This document shows positions 1-11,078 of a DNA stretch of 64,000 bases, in pieces. The DNA lies in the NCBI GenBank assembly GCA_963663165.1, contig OY760175.1, positions 3,456,001-3,520,000 on the forward strand, in the 5' to 3' direction. Below the pieces are notes generated by a model that worked only from the letters and a program-made list of their open reading frames with translations, had not been told where the DNA came from and did no database searches. Each line of letters opens with the position of its first letter. Positions within the stretch are counted from its first letter, which is position 1. The translations under genes and the position numbers were made by a program. This stretch comes from an uncultured Desulfospira sp. (lineage in GTDB: Bacteria; Desulfobacterota; Desulfobacteria; Desulfobacterales; Desulfobacteraceae).

Positions 1-1104
1 TCAGTTGCCTGCCCCATTGCCCCGGAAGACAGCCCTTTTCCCAGAAAGGAAATGATCGCTGCCTCTTGGGGGCTTAAGGACAAACTCGTCGGCAACGGCG
101 ACATCTGGCTTTGCCATCAATGCGGGGACTGCAGCGACCTTTGTCCCCGGGGTGCAGCGCCTGGTGATGTTCTGGCGGCCATCCGCTCTGCGGCCATTAC
201 CGAGTATGCCCAACCCAAGGCATTGGCCTATGCGGTCAATGATCCCAAAAAACTGCCCCTGCTGATCGGCATTCCGGCAGTCTGGTTTGCATTGCTGGCC
301 TTTATCACCATGAATCTTGGCGGCACCATGGAAAAGATTTTCCATGCCCTGTTCGGGGATGCCCTTGGCGGCCGCCTTCACTGGTCTCATATGCATGAAG
401 GCGCAGAGCATGTCATTGCCCATGCCAACTTCATTTCCACATGGTTTGTGGACATGACCTTTATTCCTACAGCTACTTTTGCCGCAGTTATTTTTCTGCT
501 GGCCTTAAAGCGGTTTACGGTTGACATTCATAACAATGCGGTCCTGGAAGGAAAGACCGACAAAACCGACCTGGACTACAAAGGATTGTTCCAAGCCCTT
601 TTAAAGGTCATTCCCACGGTTCTCAAGCATGAAAAATTTAATCAGTGCGAAGCCAACAAGGACCGGGCTACCCCGCATATGATGGTGCTGTATGCCTTTA
701 TCGGCCTTTTTATTGTTACGGCTGTCTGCGGGACCATGCTTTACCTTGGCGGCTATCCCGGACCATACCCCCAGCTGAACCCCATTAAATGGCTGGCCAA
801 TATTGCCGGCGTTGCCCTGGTGATCGGTTCAGGGATCATGATTAAAAACAGACTGGACAACAAAGATCAGATCACCGCTTATAAAGACTGGTTTATCCTG
901 GGCATTGTCTTTGCCTTAGGCCTGACCGGCATGCTGACTGAAATGGCACGTCTGGCTCATCTGGAGTGGATTTCATACTTTATCTACTGGCTCCACCTGA
1001 TTGCTGTTTTCAACCTGTTTGCCTATCTGCCCTTTTCCAAAATGGCTCACCTGGTTTACCGGCTGGTAGCCATGGCCTATGCGGAATACGGCAATAGAAA
1101 ATAA
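1..1104 (+). CDS. qmoC: QmoC, quinone-interacting membrane-bound oxidoreductase subunit C (5' truncated by window edge)
   Basis: Frame is open from base 1 (SVACPIAPEDSPFPRKEMIAASWG). It has the FeS motif WLCHQCGDCSDLCPRG, then several TM helices ending in YLPFSKMAHLVYR. Confidence 0.9.
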   Translation, partial: SVACPIAPEDSPFPRKEMIAASWGLKDKLVGNGDIWLCHQCGDCSDLCPRGAAPGDVLAAIRSAAITEYAQPKALAYAVNDPKKLPLLIGIPAVWFALLAFITMNLGGTMEKIFHALFGDALGGRLHWSHMHEGAEHVIAHANFISTWFVDMTFIPTATFAAVIFLLALKRFTVDIHNNAVLEGKTDKTDLDYKGLFQALLKVIPTVLKHEKFNQCEANKDRATPHMMVLYAFIGLFIVTAVCGTMLYLGGYPGPYPQLNPIKWLANIAGVALVIGSGIMIKNRLDNKDQITAYKDWFILGIVFALGLTGMLTEMARLAHLEWISYFIYWLHLIAVFNLFAYLPFSKMAHLVYRLVAMAYAEYGNRK

Positions 1105-1140
1105 GCCAGTTTAAGCTGGATTTCCCAGCGGTTTAAATTT

Positions 1141-1173
1141 AAAGGGGGGCTGATTTATCAGCCCCCCTTTTTT
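1141..1173 (+). terminator. Rho-independent terminator after qmoC
   Basis: aaaggggggctgat-tt-atcagccccccttt hairpin followed by a T run. Confidence 0.85.
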
Positions 1174-1278
1174 TCTTGCTTTTTTCGCCAAACAATATTA
1201 TGGCACTTGCAATCGCATTTTCACATTAAACGGTATGATCGGCGGATTCTGGAAATGAACTCACAAGGAGGCATTGCT

Positions 1279-1479
1279 TTGTTGCAGGGTAAGATTAAGT
1301 GGTTTAATTCTAAGAAAGGGTTCGGTTTTATTGAGCAAGAAGATGGAGAAGACGTGTTTGTTCATTATTCGGTCATAGAGATGACCGGGTTCAAAACACT
1401 CAACGAAGGGGATCGGGTTGAATTTGAAATCCAGGAAAGCGGCAGAGGGCTTGCGGCGACCCGGGTTGTAAAAGCTTAA
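1279..1479 (+). CDS. Cold-shock protein (CspA family)
   Basis: [15 protein letters not shown] and DVFVHYS (RNP1/RNP2) motifs; AAGGAGG Shine-Dalgarno before a TTG start at 1279. Confidence 0.93.
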   Translation: MLQGKIKWFNSKKGFGFIEQEDGEDVFVHYSVIEMTGFKTLNEGDRVEFEIQESGRGLAATRVVKA

Positions 1480-2189
1480 GGCTTGTCCGCCGCCAACCGA
1501 TAGTTTTCTATTCCCTTCCGGGAGGTCAACCCCCATGGTATTGTAATAATGGCGGATTTCCTTCATCTCTGTAATCAAATCGGCAGCGTCCATCAATTTT
1601 GCAGAACCTCTCCGGCCGGTAAGGTAGCAAGTTAAAATAAGCTGTACAAATTGCGCCGAATTTTTCTTTGTTTTCAAGGCGGACAAAGGCGCGCATAACG
1701 AGCTATGTGTGCCTTTGTCCAACGAAGAAAACATCAGAAAAAGGCAAGTAAGGTGTATAAGTTATTTTAACTTGCTGCCTAAGTATCAATCGTTGTTGAT
1801 TTGGGCTTGTCCTGTATCAGGGCCAGGATTTCTTCTTCTGAAATCAGGCCAGACCATACCGCCACAATTATTTCATCCATGATCGCGATATCATGGGCAT
1901 TTTTTTTAAAAACCGTTTTCATCCGGTCTATCTCTTTTTGGGCCAGCGCCCGGTGAAACCCTGCATCCTGATCCTTTTTGGTAAAGTCCTCACTGCCGAA
2001 CTGCTCAATTTCAACTCCAGGCAGGTATTTAATGGCCGTCAACTCACCATAGTGCTGTCCTTTCATAAACTGCCCGATAAATACCTAAGGTCCTCTGCCA
2101 CAGGCCCTGACAGCCAACCCAAGGGCAGCGGGGGTTGTTTTTCCTTTTCCGCCTCCGGTGTAGATATGAATGTCTCCCTTTTCCAGCAT
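1476..2189 (-). pseudogene. cobO: Disrupted cob(I)yrinic acid a,c-diamide adenosyltransferase (CobO/BtuR)
   Basis: N-terminus IHIYTGGGKGKTT..AALGLAVRA, in-frame TAG at 2085-2087, middle part QFMKG..MDEI, C-terminus LTGR..ADLITEMKEIRHYY. Split by the 157 bp insertion and carries further frameshifts. Confidence 0.85.
1623..1779. mobile_element. 157 bp MITE-like insertion with terminal inverted repeats and TAA target duplication
   Basis: Terminal inverted repeats at 1623-1648 and 1754-1779 match 22/26. TAA occurs at 1620-1622 and 1780-1782. Removing the element restores cobO codons L-I-L-T-G-R. Confidence 0.85.
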
Positions 2190-2246
2190 CTTAATTCCAG
2201 TATAATTAAATTAACTTTATAAATGCTTAAATTAATGATTGCATAA

Positions 2247-3380
<1,134 letters not shown>

Positions 3381-3383
<3 letters not shown>

Positions 3384-3533
3384 TGCCTGAACGGAAACCC
3401 CCGTGTTTGAACGAAAAGTTGCGCAGATGCAAGGTGTAAAAAAATTTGAAACCGGCGCAACCATGGGGTTGTAAGGATTTCATTTTTTTTCTTGCAACGC
3501 AGCAGATGGATGACTTTTCGTTCAAACAGCATA
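3381..3533 (+). repeat. Palindromic ~150 bp repeat family, copy 1 (overlaps leuB stop)
   Basis: tagtgcctgaac...gtgtttgaacgaaaag...tgcaaggtg...caacgcagcagatgg...cttttcgttcaaaca; similar to the copies at 11781, 17345 and 47952. Confidence 0.9.
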
Positions 3534-3538
3534 AATTG

Positions 3539-3574
3539 AAAAAGGCCTTTCAGGTAATCTGAAAGGCCTTTTTT
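3539..3574. terminator. Bidirectional terminator between leuB and the tRNA pair
   Basis: aaaaaggcctttcag-gtaat-ctgaaaggcctttttt. Confidence 0.85.
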
Positions 3575-3580
3575 ATTTTG

Positions 3581-3657
3581 TGGCGGGAGTGACGAGACTC
3601 GAACTCGCGGCCTCTAGCGTGACAGGCTAGCGTTCTAACCAACTGAACTACACCCCC
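3581..3657 (-). tRNA. tRNA-Asp (GTC)
   Basis: Reverse complement GGGGGTGTAGTTCAGTTGGTTAGAACGCTAGCCTGTCACGCTAG...GTTCGAGTC...CCCGCCA forms a cloverleaf with a CCA end. Confidence 0.97.
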
Positions 3658-3683
3658 GGTTGAACTCTTTGTTTTTCATAATC

Positions 3684-3759
3684 TGGTGGGCGATGCAGGG
3701 CTTGAACCTGCGACTTCAACCTTGTAAGGGTTGCACTCTCCCAACTGAGTTAATCGCCC
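3684..3759 (-). tRNA. tRNA-Val (TAC)
   Basis: Reverse complement GGGCGATTAACTCAGTTGGGAGAGTGCAACCCTTACAAGGTTG...GTTCAAGCC...GCCCACCA. Confidence 0.97.
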
Positions 3760-4211
3760 GAAAAACAGGAGGATTTATACCAGCATCCCATATTGAAGTC
3801 AAGCGGAATTTAATGAATAATTTTTTTTTGGCAAATAAAATTTTAACCGGCCGGGCTCAACAAAATTATAGGTTTAGCATCTGTAAAAAAAGGGGGTATC
3901 AAAGCCCGGGTATTTTCGAAAAATCAAACGGTTTTATGGGCCATTGCCTTGCAACGGCCGGTTTATCATGGTATATTCAAATCCATATATAGTTAATATT
4001 CAACGTTTTCTATAACAGGGCTATTTTTTCTTTTCTTCCGTGGCAACATTAGTCCATAAAAAAAGCAGTGAATCCTTGAAATTTTTTAATAACTGCCACG
4101 GGCCGTCTTGGTTATCCAACCAAGAACCGCCCACAACAAATAATGAAAGTCTTCTCAAGATGTTAGTGAGCCTTTCATATAAACATAAAACCTACCGGCT
4201 AAGGAGTTGAT

Positions 4212-5282
4212 ATGGAACCCGTTCAGGGATACCTGGAAATTATGGACAAAGGGTTTGGATTTTTAAGGGAAATTGAGGAAAATTTTCAACCCCGGCCTGA
4301 GAATCCTTACGTTTCCAATGCACTGATCCGGAAACTCAACTTAAGAGAAGGAAGTTTCATTAACGGATTTGGGGAAAAAAAAGGACCAGACAACCCAAAC
4401 CTGGCATTAAACCGGGTTGAAACGGTTAATGGATATCCCCTTGATGTTTTTTTGAGCTTTCCCATGCTTCAGGACCAGATCAGCGTCAACCCTTATGAAA
4501 GATACTTTCTGACACAAGATGAAGATGATATTACCGGCAAAGCCTTAGACTTGATTGTTCCCATCGGGATGGGCCAGAGAGGGTTGATCATCGCGCCGCC
4601 CAAATCCGGGAAAACCACCATTTTACGGCACATGGCCAACTCCATTGTCCACAACCATCCCGAAGCAAAAGTGTTTATTCTTTTGGTGGATGAACGGCCT
4701 GAAGAGGTGACGGATTTTCAACGGGGGCTCAAAGAGGCCAATGTCCTATACTCTTCGGCCGACCAGCAGATCGGCCAGCACATGAGAATGACACGGCTTG
4801 CTATTCATACGGCCATCCGTTGTGCGGAGATCGGACAGGATGCGGTGGTGTTTATTGACTCCCTTACCCGGATGACCCGGGCCTTTAACGCAGACACGGA
4901 CAGTTTTGGAAAGACGTTGACCGGCGGCCTTGGGGCCAATGCCATGGAATTTCCCAGAAAAATTTTCGGGGCCGCACGAAAACTGGAAAACGGCGGCTCT
5001 TTGACCATCATTGCCACTATCCTGGTGGACACCGGTTCCAAAATGGATGATATTATTTTTCAGGAATTTAAAGGGACTGGAAATATGGACCTTTTCCTGT
5101 CCAGGGATTGCGCGGAACACCGGGTCTGGCCGGCCATCAATATCAATAAATCAGGAACCCGAAAAGAAGACCTGCTCATGGACAAAGAAGAGCAGGAAGA
5201 AATTATCGCCATTCGAAGAAGCATTGCCACAAAAGACGAAGTGGCTGCAATGTCTGAGTTTATCTCCTACCTGGAAGGTTAA
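4212..5282 (+). CDS. rho: Transcription termination factor Rho (short form)
   Basis: [43 protein letters not shown] and SGTRKEDLL motifs. Confidence 0.95.
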   Translation: MEPVQGYLEIMDKGFGFLREIEENFQPRPENPYVSNALIRKLNLREGSFINGFGEKKGPDNPNLALNRVETVNGYPLDVFLSFPMLQDQISVNPYERYFLTQDEDDITGKALDLIVPIGMGQRGLIIAPPKSGKTTILRHMANSIVHNHPEAKVFILLVDERPEEVTDFQRGLKEANVLYSSADQQIGQHMRMTRLAIHTAIRCAEIGQDAVVFIDSLTRMTRAFNADTDSFGKTLTGGLGANAMEFPRKIFGAARKLENGGSLTIIATILVDTGSKMDDIIFQEFKGTGNMDLFLSRDCAEHRVWPAININKSGTRKEDLLMDKEEQEEIIAIRRSIATKDEVAAMSEFISYLEG

Positions 5283-5287
5283 GCCCG

Positions 5288-7654
5288 TTAATTTGCTTCT
5301 TTGTTGATCAGGGCATTGCTCAGCACCTGATCCATATCCTCCACAAATACAATTTCCAGTTGGTTTTGGATGGATTTGGGGATTTCACGGATGTCTTTTT
5401 TATTTTCCAGGCAGACCAGCACCTTTTTGATCCCATTGGCATGGGCCGCTAAAAGTTTTTCCTTAACGCCGCCAATGGGCAGAACCCTTCCGCGCAACGT
5501 AATCTCTCCGGTCATGGCAACGTTTCGGTCAACGGGATTGGCCGTGAGCACCGAGACCACGGCGGTACACATGGCAATGCCGGCGGATGGGCCGTCTTTG
5601 GGGATGGCGCCCTCAGGCACATGGATGTGGATGTCCAGATCCTTATAAAATTCTTCTTTAATCCCGAGCTCTTTACTCCGGGACCGGACATAGGATACTG
5701 CGGCCTGGGAAGATTCTTTCATAACATCGCCAAGCTTTCCCGTGACCATTACTTTGCCCCTCCCCGGCATGCTGACCGCTTCAATGGTGAGCAGCTCTCC
5801 GCCGGCCTGGGTCCAGGCAAGGCCGGTAACAATCCCGATCTTGCTTTCCTTTTCTATGGCGCTGTCACGAAACCGGGTCTGACCTAAATAGGTGGTCAAA
5901 TTACCGGCGGTGATATGCCGTAATTTTCTTTGGTTGTTCTTAACAATCTGGGTGGCAATTTTCCTGAAAACCGAAGATATCTCCCGCTCAAGATTCCTTA
6001 CCCCGGCCTCTTTGGTATACTGCTTGATAATGGCGGTGATGGCATTTTTTGAGAACTGGACATCATCTTCATTGAGCCCGTTTTCCTTGAGCTGCTTTGG
6101 TATCAGATGGCCGGTAGCGATTTTTGCCTTTTCATATTCTGTATACCCGGGGATCTGAATAATCTCCATGCGATCCCTTAAAGGGGCTGGTATATCGTAG
6201 AGGGTATTGGCCGTGGTGATAAACAGGATCTGGGACAAATCATAATCCAATTCCAGGTAATGATCGGAAAAGTTTTTATTCTGTTCCGGGTCCAGGGCTT
6301 CAAGCAGGGCCGATGAGGGATCTCCCCTGAAATCCGAGGTCATTTTGTCGATTTCATCCAGGCAGAATACCGGATTGTTATACCCGACTTTTTTAAGGGC
6401 CTGGATGATTTTGCCGGGCATGGCCCCCACATAGGTCCGCCGATGTCCCCTGATTTCAGCTTCATCCCGGACACCCCCTAGAGATATCCTTGTAAAAGAC
6501 CGGCCTGTGGCAGACGCCACGGACCGTGCCAGAGAAGTTTTTCCCACCCCGGGAGGTCCCACCAGGCAAAGGATAGGGCCTTTAATCTTTTTGACCAGTT
6601 TCTGGACCGCCAGATATTCAAGAATCCGCTCTTTGGGCTTTGTGAGCCCGTAATGATCTTTTTCCAGCGTGGCTTCAGCGGCTGTAAGGTCAATGACAGC
6701 CCGGCTTTTCCGGTACCAGGGAAGATCAATGATCCAGTCAATATAATTTCTGACCACCGTGGCTTCTGATGACATGGGGGACATCATCTTAAGTTTTTCC
6801 AGTTCCTTTCGGACCACGCCGGCCGCGGCTTTGGGCATTCGCTTTCGTTTAATCCGGTTTTCAAGCTCCTGGAACTCTTCGGAGCCGCCCCCCTCTTCCC
6901 CCATTTCTTTTTTTATGGCCCGGATCTGCTCGTTCAGGTAATGCCGTTTCTGCAGCTTTTCCATCTGCTCTTTAACCCGCCCCTTGATTTTCTGGGACAT
7001 GGAAAACACCTGGGTCTCTTTCTGGATCAGTTTGAGCAAAAGAAAAAAACGCTCTTCAATATCGCCGCATTCCAGAAGCTGCTGTTTGTCGCTCACTTTA
7101 AAGGGCATCTGGGCGGCAATGATATCGGCATACCGTGAATCGTCTTCTTCCAGGCTTTCCAGATTCTTAAAAAAGCTTTTGGCCACGGCGCCGGACATGG
7201 CCGCATACTGGGCAAAGGATTCTGTCAGGGTTCGGCGGGCCGCTTCGGCCACCTCGCCGGGAATAGGCTTTTCCTGAATTTCAATATAATCGACCATCAG
7301 CAGGTTGTTGTCATCAACCAGCTTGATCACCCGTCCCCGCCGGCACCCTTCCACCAGGGCCTTAACCGTCCCGTCGGGCAGCCTGAGCAGCTGGGTGATT
7401 TTGGCCTCCGTGCCCACCTGGAAGATATCCTGAATATTGGGCTTTAAAACATCCGGGTCTTTCTGGGTGGTCAGGAAAATCTTTTTTTCCTGGGCCATGG
7501 CACCAGACAGGGCATTGATGGATTTCTCCCGGCCCACAAACACCGAGGTGGTGGTATAGGGGAACAGCACCATATCCCTTAAAGGAACCAGAGGTAAGGT
7601 TTTTGTTTCGCTTTCAGAACCGTCCTGTTGGAAGAATTTAGAAATGCTGATCAT
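5288..7654 (-). CDS. lon: Endopeptidase La (Lon)
   Basis: LPLVPLRDMVLFP, GPPGVGKTS, and PKDGPSAG with the catalytic Ser. Confidence 0.98.
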   Translation of the reverse strand: MISISKFFQQDGSESETKTLPLVPLRDMVLFPYTTTSVFVGREKSINALSGAMAQEKKIFLTTQKDPDVLKPNIQDIFQVGTEAKITQLLRLPDGTVKALVEGCRRGRVIKLVDDNNLLMVDYIEIQEKPIPGEVAEAARRTLTESFAQYAAMSGAVAKSFFKNLESLEEDDSRYADIIAAQMPFKVSDKQQLLECGDIEERFFLLLKLIQKETQVFSMSQKIKGRVKEQMEKLQKRHYLNEQIRAIKKEMGEEGGGSEEFQELENRIKRKRMPKAAAGVVRKELEKLKMMSPMSSEATVVRNYIDWIIDLPWYRKSRAVIDLTAAEATLEKDHYGLTKPKERILEYLAVQKLVKKIKGPILCLVGPPGVGKTSLARSVASATGRSFTRISLGGVRDEAEIRGHRRTYVGAMPGKIIQALKKVGYNNPVFCLDEIDKMTSDFRGDPSSALLEALDPEQNKNFSDHYLELDYDLSQILFITTANTLYDIPAPLRDRMEIIQIPGYTEYEKAKIATGHLIPKQLKENGLNEDDVQFSKNAITAIIKQYTKEAGVRNLEREISSVFRKIATQIVKNNQRKLRHITAGNLTTYLGQTRFRDSAIEKESKIGIVTGLAWTQAGGELLTIEAVSMPGRGKVMVTGKLGDVMKESSQAAVSYVRSRSKELGIKEEFYKDLDIHIHVPEGAIPKDGPSAGIAMCTAVVSVLTANPVDRNVAMTGEITLRGRVLPIGGVKEKLLAAHANGIKKVLVCLENKKDIREIPKSIQNQLEIVFVEDMDQVLSNALINKEAN

Positions 7655-7666
7655 GTCGGTTTAATA

Positions 7667-8926
7667 TCAGGCCTGCTTTTTGGGTTGCTCGTAAAGCAGG
7701 ATGGGCGGCTCTTTTTTGAGGACCACTTCTTCACCGACCACGCATTCTCTTACATTTTCCATGGAAGGGATTTCATACATGATATCCAGCATGGTTTCCT
7801 CCATGATGGCCCGAAGCCCCCGGGCACCGGATTTTCGGGAAACCGCTTCTTTGGCCATAGCCTCGCAGGCTTCATCGGTAAACTGAAGGTCCACGCCCTC
7901 CACCTTGAAAAGTTCCCGGTATTGTTTGATCAGTGCGTTTTTGGGCTCGGTTAGAATCTTAACAAGGGAGGTCTTATTGAGTTCCCCGATGGACGTGATC
8001 ACGGGCAGACGGCCCAAAAATTCAGGAATCAGCCCGAATTTAATCAAGTCTTCGGGTTTGAGCTGCCCTAACAGCTCCCCGATACTGACGTCTTTCGGGC
8101 TTGAAATGTTTGCCCCAAATCCCATGCTTTTTTTATTGACCCGTTGTTCCACTATCTTTTCCAGGCCGGTAAAGGTCCCCCCGCAGATGAACAGGATATT
8201 GGATGTATCCACCTTGACATAATCCTGCTGGGGATGCTTGCGGCCGCCCTTTGGCGGAATAGAGGCCACCGTGCCTTCAATAATCTTGAGCAGGGCCTGC
8301 TGAACCCCTTCACCGGAAACATCACGGGTAATAGAAGGGTTATCGCCCCTCTGGGAAATCTTGTCAATCTCATCAATATAGATGATTCCCTTTTGCGCCT
8401 TTTCAATATCGTAATCGGCGTTCTGGACCAGAGAGAGAACTATGTTTTCAACATCTTCCCCGACATAACCGGCCTCGGTTAAGGCCGTGGCATCGGCAAT
8501 GGCAAAAGGGACGTTCAAAAACCGGGCAAGGGTCTGGGCCAACAGGGTCTTTCCGCACCCTGTCGGACCGATGATTAAGATATTGCTCTTTTGGATTTCA
8601 ACATCATCAGTCCCTTTTTCAACGTGTGACGCCAACCGTTTGTAATGGTTATATACGGCAACAGAAAGGACTTTCTTGGCCTGGTCCTGCTCAATGACAT
8701 AAGAATCAAGCTGTTCCTTGATTTTTTTGGGGACCGGAAAATCCTTTGTGGAAAGTTTTGCGGCACTCTGTTCCTTTTCCTCATCCTCAATGATTTCACT
8801 GCACAGTTTGATACATTCATTGCAGATATAGACGCTTGGTCCGGCAATGAGCTTTTTAACTTCCTTTTGATTTTTTCCGCAAAAAGAACAAAAAAACTGA
8901 TCGTTGGGTTCATCTTTTTTAGCCAT
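7667..8926 (-). CDS. clpX: ATP-dependent Clp protease ATP-binding subunit ClpX
   Basis: CSFCGK zinc finger, [22 protein letters not shown]. Confidence 0.98.
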   Translation of the reverse strand: MAKKDEPNDQFFCSFCGKNQKEVKKLIAGPSVYICNECIKLCSEIIEDEEKEQSAAKLSTKDFPVPKKIKEQLDSYVIEQDQAKKVLSVAVYNHYKRLASHVEKGTDDVEIQKSNILIIGPTGCGKTLLAQTLARFLNVPFAIADATALTEAGYVGEDVENIVLSLVQNADYDIEKAQKGIIYIDEIDKISQRGDNPSITRDVSGEGVQQALLKIIEGTVASIPPKGGRKHPQQDYVKVDTSNILFICGGTFTGLEKIVEQRVNKKSMGFGANISSPKDVSIGELLGQLKPEDLIKFGLIPEFLGRLPVITSIGELNKTSLVKILTEPKNALIKQYRELFKVEGVDLQFTDEACEAMAKEAVSRKSGARGLRAIMEETMLDIMYEIPSMENVRECVVGEEVVLKKEPPILLYEQPKKQA

Positions 8927-8929
8927 GGA

Positions 8930-9553
8930 CTACAAATCCTCCGGAGTCTCCTGTGTTTCTTTCTCCAACTGGTCTCTATCTACCACCACACGGTCAATGA
9001 GCCCATACGCACAGGCCTGGGCCCCGGACATGAAAAAATCCCGTTCCGTATCCTCAGCGATTTTTTCCAGGTCCTGTTTGGTATGGAAGGCCAGAATATC
9101 ATTCAGATTGTCCTTCATTCTAAGGATTTCATTGGCCTGAATTTTGATATCCGTTGCCTGGCCCTGGGCACCGCCTAAGGGTTGGTGAATCATGATCCTG
9201 GAATTGGGCAGGGCATACCGTTTGCCGGCAGCGCCGGCAGCCAGGAGAAGGGCCCCCATGCTGGCTGCCTGGCCGATGCACACGGTGGCCACGTCAGGCT
9301 TGATATACTGCATGGTATCGTAAATGGCCAGGCCGGCTGTCACCACCCCGCCGGGAGAATTGATATAAAAACTGATGTCTTTTTCAGGGTCTTCAGACTC
9401 CAGAAACAGCATCTGGGCCACAATCAGGTTGGCAATTTCATTGTCAACCGCAGATCCCAGAAATATAATCCGGTCCTTCAGCAGGCGGGAGTATATATCG
9501 TATGCGCGTTCTCCCCTGTTGCTTTGCTCAACAACCATTGGAATAAGAGGCAC
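8930..9553 (-). CDS. clpP: Clp protease proteolytic subunit
   Basis: [32 protein letters not shown]. Confidence 0.98.
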   Translation of the reverse strand: MPLIPMVVEQSNRGERAYDIYSRLLKDRIIFLGSAVDNEIANLIVAQMLFLESEDPEKDISFYINSPGGVVTAGLAIYDTMQYIKPDVATVCIGQAASMGALLLAAGAAGKRYALPNSRIMIHQPLGGAQGQATDIKIQANEILRMKDNLNDILAFHTKQDLEKIAEDTERDFFMSGAQACAYGLIDRVVVDRDQLEKETQETPEDL

Positions 9554-9604
9554 TGGTTTGACTCCTTTGTATTAGCGTTTTTCCCTTAAGCTTCCCGTAG
9601 AAAA

Positions 9605-10957
9605 TCAGGCTTGTTCTTCTGAGACGGTTTCAGAAGCATCTTGTTTCGTTTCATCGTCCTTTTTGGGATCGACTTCGGTAACACTGCCTTTTTCAATTAT
9701 AAGGTCAACCGCCTTTTTTTCAAGCTGGGTGTGTTTATAATATTCCAGCTGCCTGGGATCCATGTTGAAATAATTCTTAACGGCGTCCACGCTGGCGCTC
9801 ATCCCCTGGGCCATTTCTTCAAAGCTTTTTTCAAGTTCTTCGTCACTGAGTTCAAGGCTTGTCTGGGTAATGATTTTATCCAGGATCAGGTGCCGTCTGG
9901 CCTGTTTCTCCGCCACATCCCGGTACCTGGTTTTCATGGTTTCCCTGTCAAGCCCTGCTTCTTCAAGGCTGGTATTGTTCTGGGCATAGGCCTGTTCGGC
10001 TTCAGCAATGATCCCGTCAAGCTCCCCGTCAACCATGGCATCGGGGATTTCGAACGCCATTTTATCCAGCAGGTGCTGAAACACCTGCTCGCTCATCTCA
10101 TGTTTAACCCTTTGGGTATACCCTTTTTCCAGGTTGTCCCGGATGGCCATTTTGACCTCTTCAAGGGTCTCGTAGGCGCCAAGGCCCTTTACCAGGTCAT
10201 CATTGGCTTCAGGAAGAATCTCCTCCTGGATTTCCTTGAGCGTGACCTTGTAAACAATGGTTTTTCCCTTAAGGTTTTCATCGTGATGGTTGTCTTTGTA
10301 AGCCACTTCTATTTCCAGGTCCTGGACCGGGATGGCACCAATGAGTTTTTCAGAAAATTCATTGGGCAGAACACCCTGGCCGATTCCCATGACATAGTTT
10401 TCAACCTTCGGGGTTTTGTCATAGGCTTCACCATCAAGAAATCCTTCATAATCAATGAGGACAAAATCCGTTTCCTTGACAGGACGTTCTTCTTTAACGG
10501 TTTCTTTGGTGGCCATGGTTTTTTGAATCATGTGGATCTGAGCGTCAATCTCATCTTCGGAAACGGTATACTTTGTTTTGGTAATCTCAATTCCCTCAAA
10601 TTCAATATCATCCAGGTCCGGCTTGATTTCAACGATCATGTCAAATACATAGTCCTGCCCCGGAACCAGTTCCGGCGGATCTATCTGAGGCGCACCCACC
10701 ACGTTCAGGTCATGTTCCCGGATGGCCTCAATAAACGACTCCTGAATCAGATAGGGAGCAACGTCGGCGTGAACATCTTTGGAAAACCGGTTTTCCAAAA
10801 CTTTTCTGGGGATTTTGCCCTTACGGAACCCTTTGATATCCGCTTTGTTCTTCAGCTCGTTGTATGCCTTGTTCAGCTCTTTGGTTATGGTTTCTTTGGG
10901 AATTTCAAAAGAGAGCTTTTTTTTCACGCTGCTCTGGTCTTCGATTTTTACCTGCAT
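9605..10957 (-). CDS. tig: Trigger factor
   Basis: GFRKGKIP ribosome-binding signature; upstream of clpP; start taken at MQVKIE. Confidence 0.95.
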   Translation of the reverse strand: MQVKIEDQSSVKKKLSFEIPKETITKELNKAYNELKNKADIKGFRKGKIPRKVLENRFSKDVHADVAPYLIQESFIEAIREHDLNVVGAPQIDPPELVPGQDYVFDMIVEIKPDLDDIEFEGIEITKTKYTVSEDEIDAQIHMIQKTMATKETVKEERPVKETDFVLIDYEGFLDGEAYDKTPKVENYVMGIGQGVLPNEFSEKLIGAIPVQDLEIEVAYKDNHHDENLKGKTIVYKVTLKEIQEEILPEANDDLVKGLGAYETLEEVKMAIRDNLEKGYTQRVKHEMSEQVFQHLLDKMAFEIPDAMVDGELDGIIAEAEQAYAQNNTSLEEAGLDRETMKTRYRDVAEKQARRHLILDKIITQTSLELSDEELEKSFEEMAQGMSASVDAVKNYFNMDPRQLEYYKHTQLEKKAVDLIIEKGSVTEVDPKKDDETKQDASETVSEEQA

Positions 10958-11078
10958 GATTCCGTCCTGTTTAATTAAAAAACAACCTTTTAATATTAAA
11001 AAAATTATGACATAAATATCACAATAATCTAACACTACTATAATTTAACAAAGTTAACTAAAATAACGCTTCTCTATA

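Noticed and set aside
1625..1641. TAGCAAGTTAAAATAAG is identical to 17 nt of the S. pyogenes tracrRNA/sgRNA scaffold
   Set aside because: The match ends there, no cas gene or CRISPR array is present, and the sequence is fully explained as the MITE terminal inverted repeat. Treated as coincidence.
1261..1734. 157 aa minus-strand ORF
   Set aside because: It is a chimera of MITE sequence, the cobO C-terminal fragment and antisense of the cold-shock gene.
2085..2087. In-frame TAG in cobO as possible pyrrolysine readthrough
   Set aside because: The same gene carries frameshifts and an insertion, so decay is the simpler explanation. No pyl genes are in the window.
9641..10978. 445 aa plus-strand ORF
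   Set aside because: Antisense shadow of tig with no recognisable motifs.
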